Shown here: in pieces, positions 38,564 to 52,259 of the stretch | Position numbering within the stretch: the stretch's first letter is position 1 | Layout of the letters: every line of letters begins with the position of its first letter | NCBI GenBank assembly: GCA_048013815.1 | Contig: CM106585.1 | Span: forward strand, 12,400,001 to 12,464,000 | Reading direction: 5' to 3' | Length of the DNA stretch: 64,000 nt | Source of the DNA: Setoptus koraiensis | Lineage: Eukaryota > Animalia > Arthropoda | Translations under genes and position numbers: made by a program | Notes under the pieces: model-generated | Databases searched by the model: none | Told to the model about the DNA's origin: nothing | Seen by the model: only the letters and a program-made list of their open reading frames with translations

Positions 38564-39063
38564 NNNNNNNNNNNNNNNNNNNNNNNNNNNNNNNNNNNNN
38601 NNNNNNNNNNNNNNNNNNNNNNNNNNNNNNNNNNNNNNNNNNNNNNNNNNNNNNNNNNNNNNNNNNNNNNNNNNNNNNNNNNNNNNNNNNNNNNNNNNNN
38701 NNNNNNNNNNNNNNNNNNNNNNNNNNNNNNNNNNNNNNNNNNNNNNNNNNNNNNNNNNNNNNNNNNNNNNNNNNNNNNNNNNNNNNNNNNNNNNNNNNNN
38801 NNNNNNNNNNNNNNNNNNNNNNNNNNNNNNNNNNNNNNNNNNNNNNNNNNNNNNNNNNNNNNNNNNNNNNNNNNNNNNNNNNNNNNNNNNNNNNNNNNNN
38901 NNNNNNNNNNNNNNNNNNNNNNNNNNNNNNNNNNNNNNNNNNNNNNNNNNNNNNNNNNNNNNNNNNNNNNNNNNNNNNNNNNNNNNNNNNNNNNNNNNNN
39001 NNNNNNNNNNNNNNNNNNNNNNNNNNNNNNNNNNNNNNNNNNNNNNNNNNNNNNNNNNNNNNN
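38564..39063. other. Assembly gap (500 N)
   Basis: Round 500-N run, so the true size and adjacency of the flanks are unknown. Confidence 0.99.
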
Positions 39064-39189
39064 TCTATTATTCCAAACCTAACAAACTCTTACTCTTGTG
39101 AGAGTCTCAACTTGAGATCTCTTAAATTTATGTAGCCACTGTGTCATGGACGCAAATCGGCGCTATTCCACACTAAACCGACTCACTCG

Positions 39190-40078
39190 TACAATCGCAT
39201 GGGTAGTGCATCTTCCCCTGCGCAGAACATAGCGCGAATTTGAAACAAAACGAAAGATTATGGGGCTTTCCGACTTTTTGGGGTGGAAAAATCGAGATTT
39301 TGCTATTTTGAGTCTCTTACACGGTGGGTCATGCCAGACATGATGGTGAAATTTGTTTCCGGAACTGACCACCAGGTAGCGTTACACCTGTGGAAGAACG
39401 CGTACAGTTAGTACGCGAATATACTGTGGCAGCGCGCACTTTTGCGCACTTTTCTCCAAACTTGAAATCACTCACTATTTGCAGTATTTCTCTCAAACTA
39501 TTGAACCCAAAAGCATGAATTTTTCACACGATATACTCTAGGGCGGCCTCTATCGTCTGAACTAAAATCAATTGCAAATTCGCACCCAATCGCTCACACT
39601 GTGCATACAAAAACGCTGACTCATAGAGTGCATATAGGAACGAATAGTTATATGCACAGTGTGAGCGATTGGGTGCGAATTTGCAATTGATTTTAGTTCA
39701 GACGATAGAGGCCGCCCCAGAGTATATCGTGTGAAAAATTCATGCTTTTGGGTTCAATAGTTTGAGAGAAATACTGCAAATAGTGAGTGATTTCAAGTTT
39801 GGAGAAAAGTGCGCAAAAGTGCGCGCTGCTGCAGTATATCCGTGTACTAACTGGACGCATTCTTTTTCCGATATAACACTACCTGGTGGTCAGTTCCGGA
39901 AATAAATTCCGCCATCATGTCTGGCATGACCTACCGTGTAAGAGACTTAAAATTGGGAAATCTCGATTTTTCTGCCCCGAAAAGTCGGATACCCCCTTAA
40001 CTTACAGTGCGCTCGGCTGTGCGCAGGGGAAGATGTACTACGCATGCCCCTGTACCAAACTTTAGTGACGCGATTGTA
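39190..40078. mobile_element. Long inverted repeat (arms ~410 bp, 43-nt loop), probably non-autonomous DNA-transposon ends
   Basis: 39429-39607 is the reverse complement of ~39651-39829 with one mismatch. Similarity continues with more mismatches out to ~39190/40078. CACTGTG at 39597-39603 and CACAGTG at 39655-39661. Confidence 0.75.
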
Positions 40079-40174
40079 TTAGGTCCTGGAGACACCACAT
40101 GTAAGGTGTTTTATTGATATTGTTATAAATTATTTACAATTATTTGTTAGTTACAACTAGCAGTCGTACGATAG

Positions 40175-42510
<2,336 letters not shown>

Positions 42511-42919
42511 CGATCCTGATATACAACCGTATCAACTGTGTACCCTGGTGCTCACTCAACTCAAAATGAGCATATCCGGTGGCTCACCACCTCGGATCTA
42601 ACGTCATGAAGCACATCGATGAAGGGCAACAGGTTTTCATCGAACCGGCTGCTCACTTCGCGTATCAACGGTTTTGGCTGGTTACGAAATCAAAAAAAGA
42701 CAAACCCAATAATACTTCATACCTCGGATCTTAAATTAGGGAATGCAATGAACCCGATTATATTCGGCTTTTTCAGCGAACCATTCAGAAAGATTCTATT
42801 TAGATCATATATCATATAAAAAACAGAATACAAAATCATTACGACGACATACTCACAACTGTCAGGGTAACATTAATGTTGGAAAATGTGTAGATAGAAT
42901 TTCAAACGCTTCAGCCAAG

Positions 42920-43420
42920 ATGCCAGTCAGCAAGAGCAAATTGGCCAGTCTCAACACCTTAGGATTGGTGATGCACAACAATGATAAATTAGCTCAAGCT
43001 GCAGAGCAAAGAGGAGGCGAAAAGAGGCACACGGTTCAACTGGTAGATAACCAGATATATCAATTTGGCCGAGATTCCAAAAGAGCCTCGTCCACTAAAA
43101 ACGTTGATGTAGATGACAAAAGACAATTGGCTAGTAACAAAGTCAGTCAGAAATTCATGATAACGAACAATTCAATTGATCTACCTCGTGTGGACAGTTC
43201 CTCATGTGATGATAACAAAATGATTCATGGTAGAGATAACAACTCAATTATACTTGAACATCTGAATAGTAGCTTTAAAATTGATGATGAAGAACAATTT
43301 GGGATTGTACAGTTACCAACTGACTGCCTGAATTACATTTCTCATGGCCACGATAATTCATACAATTTATTTATTCGCAATCCATCCCATTCTCATCGTA
43401 CCCAAAAATTTTCCAAATAA
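42920..43420 (+). CDS. Hypothetical 166-aa ORF sharing its first ~65 aa with the 36444 gene, overlapping the 3' end of the opposite-strand CUB-like ORF
   Basis: MPVSKSKLASLNTLGLVMHNNDK...KNVDV is nearly identical to 36444. The remainder is unrelated. Confidence 0.4.
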   Translation: MPVSKSKLASLNTLGLVMHNNDKLAQAAEQRGGEKRHTVQLVDNQIYQFGRDSKRASSTKNVDVDDKRQLASNKVSQKFMITNNSIDLPRVDSSSCDDNKMIHGRDNNSIILEHLNSSFKIDDEEQFGIVQLPTDCLNYISHGHDNSYNLFIRNPSHSHRTQKFSK

Positions 43421-46232
43421 ATGGATCTCGCTTTTTGCGCAATTCTGTATTCCTATGATTTTTTGGATCCCACTGTGGGCATTTGAAGGGAGGTACAATG
43501 TAGTCCGGCATAACAGGATAGTAAGCCCCATAAAATTGCAACGACGGTGTTTTAATATCTCGAACCACTTCGACGTAGTATTTGAAATTCTTTTCCAACA
43601 AGAGTATCATGGGGAATCTGTAGAGGCGTTTGCCGCAGAAACCAGCCATCTTAGTTCGCTTCGAACCGAGCTTGTACACTCTAATGCAATCGTTATCGTT
43701 CTCAAAGTTAAAGTAGTCCAAGGACAGAACCGTGGATCTATTCTGTTGCCCTTTGGTCGCTATGAGCCAGACGGATTGTTCTTCTTTCATGTCTAACATG
43801 GCAAAGAAGTCGTTATTTCCATAGGATAAGTAGCTGCACGAACTATTTTGTATTTGGTATTCGTAGGCAGGCAAATTTTTCAAGGCACTACCATCGCTCG
43901 AGTCGTTAAATCTTATCTCCATTGTCTGGCCCTTCGCAATAGAGATGAGTGGTGGTAGGGCCTCGTTCTCCTCGAAAGTAATGAGAGGAACATAGGGATC
44001 GATTGAGGTATCGAATACATGCATTGACACCTTTGGTGGCAGCGGATCCCTCAGTATAATTGACGCGTAAGGCTGACCTTTAAAGATATATTTGACGAAT
44101 TTTTCTTTCACCAAATCCTTCGGTCTTTTGATGATTCCTGTCTGAGCAACTGATCTGACATTAATTATGAGTCCGTTATCGATAAGATTATTTTCCGGTC
44201 TTATGATGGTTGGAGATTCGTAGAGAATAACGAGACTGTTACCCACGAAGCTTTTTATTGTGTTCTTATATAGAGGGCTCAGTTGTCTACCGACTGTTAA
44301 AGTAGTGTTGTCGCTGGGTATAAACGAAAGTGTGTCTTCTTGGTCAGTTAAATTCTTGAATTGTTTGAAATCCACCTCAATATATCCTTCTGGTGTAGAT
44401 GAAGCGAACATTTGTACACAGTTGTATGGATAACGACGTTTCTTTGTGGGCAGAATGAATGTAGTGTTATTTGGATCAAGAGTGTATGAAGAGCATTTTT
44501 CGTGAACACGCCAGGCTTGAATTGTAAGATCTGCTTCTTTTTCGTAAAGAAATTTTTCAAAAAATTTAATGCCACCGTCTATGTTTTTTTCAAGTGTCAC
44601 CTTGATTGGAGTTTCGGCATTTGATAGAGTATATCCATTTACCGAAGCTCTTGCCGGTGTTGTAACTTTTGCCTTGTCCGATTCCAATCGCAGCAATGTT
44701 CCTCCTGAATGTGCAAAGATATTGATATCAAAAGTGACACCGAAATAATTGTTGATCTCCAATTTTCTCACTTGATCGACGGATAAATCTATTTGTTTTG
44801 CACCCACAAAATAGTCAATATCAAGTTGGCGAATTCGTCGTTCGAAACTAGTTCTAAGTTTTATTATCCAGGTTCCTCTGTTTAGAGCTATCAATCCTCC
44901 AGGTTTACGCAGATTAACAATCATCCTTTTTTCTAAATCATATGTTCCATCAATAATCTCCAATTTGTCGGCGTCGTCTAGTTGAACTGACCGTATATGT
45001 AAGATGAGGCTTGACTCGTTAGAGGACCAAGACCAGATGCAAAGAGAATTCGATTTTAAATTCGGAGAGATGGAAAGAGTTCCTCGGTTATCAACAAGAG
45101 GTGATTTTTCGACTATGCGACAGTAAGTAGGAGATTTTGCTTTTTCCTGCTTTTTAGGTATAAATATTATGGAATTATTTCTCTTCTTATTATTGCCAAA
45201 TGTATATACAGAACTTATTTCGATCCAGTTATCCAGTCTTGTGGCCTCTGATTCTATGACATTCGGCGATTCATACAGAACAACAAGACCCAACGTTTGG
45301 AAAATTAATATTTTGTTCACGTAGTCAGCGGCTACTGACCTGTTGACCATCAATGTATTACCGTCGTCGGTCATAAAGGACAGTTTCTCCTCCTGATTTG
45401 TTAGACCCTTGAAATGATCAAAATACACCTTCTTATATTCTTCGAAATTTGAGCCAATTAATTTTGCACAAATGTACGGATTCGTAATGTTGGTTGATAG
45501 GAACAATGGAAAATGGCTTGGCTCCCATTCGAATGACGAGCAGTCAGATCGAACTGCTATGGCTTGAATCGTGAAACCCTCTGACTTTGAGAACTCCTGC
45601 TCGTCAATTTCGATTCTGATTGGAGTTGAAGTGTTGGACAATGTGTAGCTGTTAATTTTCCCCAAAATACCGAATTTACTTGGTGAATCAACTCTGCGCA
45701 ACGAAGTGACCGGCGAATCGTCATTCATTATCAGCAATGTTCTTTCTGGGTGTTCCCTAATTTCGATGTAGAATCTAACGCCATATTGGCTATTAATTGA
45801 CAAATTTCTTGTCTCTTCGATGGACAAATATATCGTCTTGTGACCTTCAAAGAAGGCAATCTCCATGTGGCGGTCTTGAATGGTCGAATCCGTGCCAACA
45901 AGTATGGTCCAGTTCCCTTTGGGTATCGCTACCAATCCCGATATGCCCGAATTGAACTTCATGGACCTACCAGGAAACTCATTGTCAATGACTGAAAAAT
46001 AGTCTTTCGAGGCCAATTTTGTGGACCGTAGATACAAAATGAGGCTTGCGTTTCCGGATGACCAAGACCATGAGCAGTTTGCATTTGGTTGAATTTGGTC
46101 CATGGTAATGGTCCCCTGACCATCAGAAATGGTGAGTTTTGATGAGTCCTTGCCACACGGAAGAGTTTGGACTGCCTTGATGACTAGAAGGGCCATAAGG
46201 GCCGACAAGACCAATGAGATGCGACTAGCCAT
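43371..46232 (-). CDS. Secreted 953-aa protein with divergent CUB-like internal repeats, single exon
   Basis: Signal peptide MASRISLVLSALMALLVIKAVQT. Twice-repeated C-x-W-S-W...LIL.....L...D...I.D CUB-like pattern. No C-terminal TM segment. Confidence 0.75.
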   Translation of the reverse strand: MASRISLVLSALMALLVIKAVQTLPCGKDSSKLTISDGQGTITMDQIQPNANCSWSWSSGNASLILYLRSTKLASKDYFSVIDNEFPGRSMKFNSGISGLVAIPKGNWTILVGTDSTIQDRHMEIAFFEGHKTIYLSIEETRNLSINSQYGVRFYIEIREHPERTLLIMNDDSPVTSLRRVDSPSKFGILGKINSYTLSNTSTPIRIEIDEQEFSKSEGFTIQAIAVRSDCSSFEWEPSHFPLFLSTNITNPYICAKLIGSNFEEYKKVYFDHFKGLTNQEEKLSFMTDDGNTLMVNRSVAADYVNKILIFQTLGLVVLYESPNVIESEATRLDNWIEISSVYTFGNNKKRNNSIIFIPKKQEKAKSPTYCRIVEKSPLVDNRGTLSISPNLKSNSLCIWSWSSNESSLILHIRSVQLDDADKLEIIDGTYDLEKRMIVNLRKPGGLIALNRGTWIIKLRTSFERRIRQLDIDYFVGAKQIDLSVDQVRKLEINNYFGVTFDINIFAHSGGTLLRLESDKAKVTTPARASVNGYTLSNAETPIKVTLEKNIDGGIKFFEKFLYEKEADLTIQAWRVHEKCSSYTLDPNNTTFILPTKKRRYPYNCVQMFASSTPEGYIEVDFKQFKNLTDQEDTLSFIPSDNTTLTVGRQLSPLYKNTIKSFVGNSLVILYESPTIIRPENNLIDNGLIINVRSVAQTGIIKRPKDLVKEKFVKYIFKGQPYASIILRDPLPPKVSMHVFDTSIDPYVPLITFEENEALPPLISIAKGQTMEIRFNDSSDGSALKNLPAYEYQIQNSSCSYLSYGNNDFFAMLDMKEEQSVWLIATKGQQNRSTVLSLDYFNFENDNDCIRVYKLGSKRTKMAGFCGKRLYRFPMILLLEKNFKYYVEVVRDIKTPSLQFYGAYYPVMPDYIVPPFKCPQWDPKNHRNTELRKKRDPFIWKIFGYDENGMDCE

Positions 46233-46550
46233 TGATCAATAGTGAAATAGTTTCAATTAAATAATTCCAAGTATTTTTCCAAAAAATGCAGATACAAATT
46301 TGTTGAAGTTTACCGATGATTCATGTTGTGATGACGAGGAAAAATCAAGCTTAATAAATTCAATTGTTTCAATATATATATAGCGTTTCAAGCAGAGCGA
46401 TACAAATTCACTGTCAAGCGTACGGCAGCCTTCACACTTTGCCGACAAAGCAAATATTATTAAGGAGTGTCTCAACCAAGCGCTGTAGGTCAAAAAGCAC
46501 AGCCATAGAAAATCAGCTGAGAAAAATGCACTGCGTAGCATAAACTGTAG

Positions 46551-46949
<399 letters not shown>

Positions 46950-47218
46950 TAGCAATTACAATATCCTGTGGTAACCAACTATTACATATATATAAAATAA
47001 TAACTATTATGCCAACCTCCAATATTGGCTTTATAACTTTTTCTCGCAGCTCCCCCCCCCCCTTAGATATCTTAGCCTCTCGTACGACTATGAAGTAATA
47101 AATATATAGTATATATTATATCGAGAGGCGGTAAAACACCACTCTTAATAAATTATATAGTTTTAACAATAGATATATCATAGCGTTCTTAGTACAATTA
47201 CATGTTATCTTGTTATCT

Positions 47219-48516
47219 CTAATTCTTTTCAGTGAATTGTCGCCATTTCCTCTTGTATAGATGTGCAACGCATTTGCTGAGATTGTAAATAATTGAATGA
47301 GTTGATATGCCAGTCCACTGTTCTATCCAATCATCCTCCTCAGCGAGACTCAACCTTTCTATCATGATTTCATCAAGTGTTCTGCCGTGAGAAGTCTTAT
47401 CACTAAGGTTTTCATCTGGTTTAATTTCATTGAAGCAAGCACTATTGATCTTATTTACACAGTCCAAATCAATTGGAACTGGCTGGCTGAAGGAATTAAT
47501 AAATGTACCAAGAATGGGATCGTCTAAAATCATACTATATGTGAAGAACCACTTGGAAAGTTGGCTATTTTCATCGGACTCTAATCCAATATTGCTTTTA
47601 TCATGTTTTAGGCCTTGGAAATCTTGAGAAATACAGTTGGTTAAAGTTGGTTGAATATCTAAAATAACTTGATTCTGAGGAATTCTGTTTTTGTCTTCTT
47701 TTACACTCTTAATCCTTTCTAACGATATCGTTATAGCTTGCTCTAAGTCGTGGTCACTTTTTCTGGCAATTGTTTGTTATCGTTATCTACTATATAAGTA
47801 GATAAGAAACTTTCGATAGTCGCTCGTCCGAAAACTTCTTGGAAGGCCTCGCGTGCTGATGAGACAAGTGACTCTTTTCTGCTAATCACCAATATTTTAA
47901 TACTGCCACCAGTGACTTTAAGTCAGTAAGAGATACGAAAAACACATTAGAGCTAGTGATAGAATTTTCATAAAAAAGGGTCGCTAAAACCCAATAGAAG
48001 TATACTCACAAAGAATGGGTTTCATTCCAGGATCTAAAGCAGCTACGACGGAACACAGTGAGCTCTTGGTTTTTTCGGCGATCTGATTGATGATGCCAGA
48101 AGATTTAAACCAATCCAATATATTTAGTTCATCATAAATCTCAACTTTAGTCAAGCACCCGACTGCTGGCTAGATTGTTGGTCAAGTGGTTTCTGCTGTG
48201 TTGGTTGTTGCTGTTGTGATTGTGTTGGTTGTTGTTCTTGTTTTGTCGGTTGTTGCTGTTGCAATTGTGTTGGTTGTTGTTCTTGTTGGTCCTGTTGTGG
48301 TGATTGTTGTGGTGGTAGTTGTATTGGTTGCTGTTGTGATTGCTGGTGGAAATGCGGCCGGGATTGCTGCTGCGTATCTAATTGATTTTGTTGCTGATTG
48401 CCAGATTGCTGCAGATTGGGATCAGCCATTTGTGGCTGGGTATTTTCCTCCGGAGGACATTCCATTGCGGGCTTGTTATCCATTTCATTGATGGCACGTT
48501 TCGCTGCGTAATTCAT
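47219..48516 (-). pseudogene. PRRC1: Frameshifted PRRC1 copy
   Basis: Single-G losses relative to copy 1 at ~47750 (AAGTCG-TGG vs AAGTCGGTGG) and ~48155 (TCAAG-CACC vs TCAAGGCACC) break both exons. Confidence 0.8.
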
Positions 48517-48695
48517 CAGTTTTTCTTCCAACAATTGATTGACCGATTGTAGTTTATGATGACCTTCCAAAAGCCTGTTGTTGTCGGTATAGAGGGTAGA
48601 GCGAGTCTGAGTGTCTACAGTCTAATTTAAATTAAATCTCTCAACTGGACAATGAGTTGAATGTGTGTTTTAAATAAATTTACCTGGTGTATTTA

Positions 48696-49082
48696 TTAGA
48701 TCGTAGGGAGGTTACGAACGTAGATCTTTAAACTTTTAAGGAGGAATGTCACACTATCGATCGGTCACAACACTGAAGGCTAGAGATCGGTCACACTATC
48801 GATCGGTCACAACACTGAAGGCTAAAGATCGGTCACACTATCGATCGGTCACAACACTGAAGGCTAGAGATCGGTCACACTATCGATCGGTCACAACACT
48901 AAACGCTGTAGATCGGTCACAATATTTGTCACACTTTTTTTCTCGTCAGCTGAAGTATTTCTTTTTCTTTAGTTTTCCTGAAGATTTGGGAGATTGAGGG
49001 AGAACTGGGGAGTGGTAAATCAACAGCACCTTCCCGACCTACGATCTTCCCGCCTCAGTCCATCGACTGAGGGGACAACAAG
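48696..49082 (+). mobile_element. Non-autonomous Helitron/Helentron (HINE, DINE-1-like) element, 387 bp
   Basis: Absent from copy 1 (empty site TATTTA|TCTTGCC, no TSD). 10-bp subterminal inverted repeats at 48698-48707 and 49038-49047, central tandem repeat, 8-bp-stem hairpin at 49053-49072 ten bases before the 3' end. Confidence 0.72.
48748..48915. repeat. 42-bp tandem repeat x4 inside the insertion
   Basis: GTCACACTATCGATCGGTCACAACACTGAAGGCTAGAGATCG units, head to tail with no spacers. Confidence 0.95.
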
Positions 49083-52000
49083 TCTTGCCAGTATTTTAAA
49101 TTTTTGTCCATCTCCTCCATATGCTCGACAGTGGTGATGTTTTTTGAAGCCACAACATTTGACGTGGCATTCACATCCGCATGATATTGTACCACTATCA
49201 ATTGCGTGCCCTATATTTTTATCAGCAGTTCGCAAGGGCTGCGATAGATTGGATTGGCCGGAATCTAGACGATATTTCTCTTTACCACTACAGTAAATGC
49301 TGTCAGCGGAATGTTGGAATTAATTTCGAAGAGAAAAATTTCACTTCTCTCACCGTCTCCCTTGATCTCCCAGTTAGCACGCCCCTTTTATCTCCCACAA
49401 ATCCACATGAATGACACAAACTCCCTTAAAATAACTTCCGCAACACGATAACATTTTTCCGAAGGGGAATACTCTGTAGTTATTTAACATGCAATAAAAT
49501 GGGGGACGCACTCTTTTCCTTATGAAAACACAGCCACAGGAATCAGCTGTTCTGCGATAGGGCAGATCAGATGACTGCAGTGAACCGGAGTCAAGACTTC
49601 GAGAACCCGATCATATTTCTTCTGACTCATCTTGTATCTGATGTCGTATCAATTATTCAGCCCAAGGCTGGTTATGTTCCACTTCCATCTGAGATAAAAC
49701 AATTTAGACTTGCGAGCGATAGGTATTGATCGCATTCACAATTGTCAGGAATCACTGAGATGAGACTAGTGCTCGAAAAGAGCCCTTTGTTTCCTTCTCG
49801 CTCTAGAATCGTCTGCCAGACACAGAGTTACTACACACGCTTCTCACAAGATTTCTACACGAACAGCATTACAGTTTTGGTTACTGACACTTGTGAAAGA
49901 AGGTTCATTCTCCGTCCGAAAAAAAAATCTTTCTTGACCAAAATCATTACTACAACTGATGAGTTGAGGCTAAATGTATGGTAGTTCATTCATTTGATTT
50001 CTTCGATGGCATTACTATGAGGCTTGGGTGTCACGACAACCAACTCCGGTTATTGTACAAACTCCATCATAAGCGCCCCAACGAATTATTTTAGTTGTCG
50101 AGGGAAGATCCTTCGAATAATCTACCTGAATTCTTATATTCTTATATTCTCTTGAGCCTTCAACTCTTCATCTGGACAGTTGGAGATGAGGCAGATGTTG
50201 TTGGCACCAACTCTTCGGCTTGGCTACACCATACTAACTAAAAATTGATTGAGGCCAACATGTGTGACATTGGAAGTGTGTATCAACTTTAGTCACGATA
50301 GATAATAGCGACATGATTTATACAAACCGTACGCCGGAAACTGACTGGCAGCCACTCTTGATGCCGTCAAGTACCTCGCTTTGTTAAATTCTCTTTCTCT
50401 CCCTCTCTCTCTCCTCTATCTGTTGTGGCTTGTAGTGAAGTGTAGGAACGAATATTTCACTTTGTCAGTAGAAAACATTTGTATGATTAAACCAACCTGA
50501 GTTATGAGTTTGACATTAGATAGCATATTTTCTGTCTCGCTGAATGGCTCTTAGCCGAAATGGATTTGAGCTCATCGGGTGTACGCTTCCTTGGTCATTT
50601 AAACAAGACAACGGTAAATAATGGTATTTCTTCCCTTCTTGTCTAGTATGTATCATTGGCATGACTAGTGCCGGTTGGTGTCAGTCATTGTGCAATCGTC
50701 TAGTACTAAACTAACAGACAATTGAGCTCTATGAGCTGCTGCAACTACATCGATCAATGGCCATACATACTCATACATGTATGCATGTATGTATGTATGT
50801 AAACTTTCGACAAGACTTACCAACATGCTGAGCTTAGGTAATTGTTACTCATCTCATTGTGTACCTAACAAGAAGTGATACTTCTACTAGAGCCATTGAA
50901 AGAAAGTGAGAGATCTTTCTTTTAGCTTTAACTCTGTCTAGCTGTTGTGTAAGAGTGTGAAAGAAAACGAACTAAAGGTGCCATATGTATGCAAAGGATA
51001 ATGTTTGTTGTTGTGAAGAAGCGATAACATGCTGATTACATGAGTGCAATGTTCTTTCACTACTATTACCTAACTATCTTACTTCTGCTATGCTTATGTG
51101 TTTTAGTGAACATCTACTTGAAGTGAGACAAGTTGACCAGCAGCATGAATAAATGTATTTCCACTTGTTTCCCTGAACAACAGAAGACTTGTCTCTGATA
51201 GAGCGATAACCTCATCAATTCTCACCTTCTCTATTTGAGTGATCATTTGCCGATCACCAGCTACACTACCAAATTGTTGCCATAACAATGAAGATCACCA
51301 CCACTACTGTCAATGACATACAGTGAGACTCTCTTTCTCTGACTCTATTGACTCTAGTAAGTGTCCATAAACAACCTGTTAGCATGTTGCCCTTCTTTGA
51401 GCTTGCCGAGCGAAAGTAGAGAGAAAGGGAAAACTAAACAAGAGGAAAACTTTCAATGATAGAGAGTAACTGTCGAGCCGACTCAACCGGAGGATGGCGT
51501 TTACATTCCACAAGCAAAGTACTTCTATACAAAAGATGCCATTGCCTACCTAAATCATCTCAGTTTCATCTATGATCGCCGTCTCAGTCTACCATCAGAA
51601 TACGATTACCTGAATTTCTTTCCCTTCTTTCTTCCACATGATCTTGTTAGTGTCATAGTGAGCAATTACATTAGTTACGCGTTGTGCTTCTTAGTCGAGC
51701 TAACAAAAAGAACAAATGGACAGTCGACGCTATCCAAAGGAGCCATTTCATAAGAGAAAAAACATTTTGATGTTGATCGAATGTACACAATAAATTATTC
51801 GCCAAATGCCAACTAAATACCAGTCAACTAAAACTAATACTTCCATAGACCGCAATCTCCGATCTGTTTTGCCGATTATTGACCATGTCGACCAATGGTC
51901 ATCTCATAGAAGGACTCCACCGAAAATAATGATACACCGTCTATGATGCAGTTGCAGATTTGCAGTGATACGGTCGACTACTACAAACAAAACCTTAAAT

Positions 52001-52259
52001 ATTCACGTGTTAACATGTCATTTCGAAGAAACAAGTGATTTTTATCAACTGAGAGCACACACTCAATATTATTATGTAGCAACAGTCTTCTACTTATCAA
52101 AAGCAACAGTTTAATCATAAATATTGAAGAAAGAAAGAAGAGAAAAACAGCTTTGAATAACCACAATGAGTCTCAGAATGTTGGTAAGTCAATCAACGAG
52201 ACTCGAAATTGTCTTTCGTCGTGATGCGTTTGCCGCTAACTCTATAAAACATTTTTAAT

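Noticed and set aside
38558-39135. ORFs running through X residues
   Set aside because: Artefacts of translating the 500-N gap.
39597-39616. Complete V(D)J-type RSS (heptamer plus ACAAAAACG nonamer-like sequence)
   Set aside because: The nonamer-like word is in the wrong orientation relative to the heptamer and only 3 nt away, not 12 or 23.
48748-48915. CRISPR-like appearance of the 42-bp repeats and the SHYRSVTTLKARDR repeat ORF (48746-48997)
   Set aside because: Units are head to tail without unique spacers, the context is eukaryotic, and the array is the core of a transposon-like insertion.
50640-50720. miR-279-family seed (TGACTAG) within short hairpin-prone sequence
   Set aside because: The rest of the mature sequence does not match, and only small local stems are visible, not a ~60-70 nt precursor.
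49150-52250. Short ORFs and possible RNA genes in the 3-kb interval
   Set aside because: No tRNA, snRNA or rRNA signature motifs were found by eye, and the ORFs are short and lack recognisable similarity.
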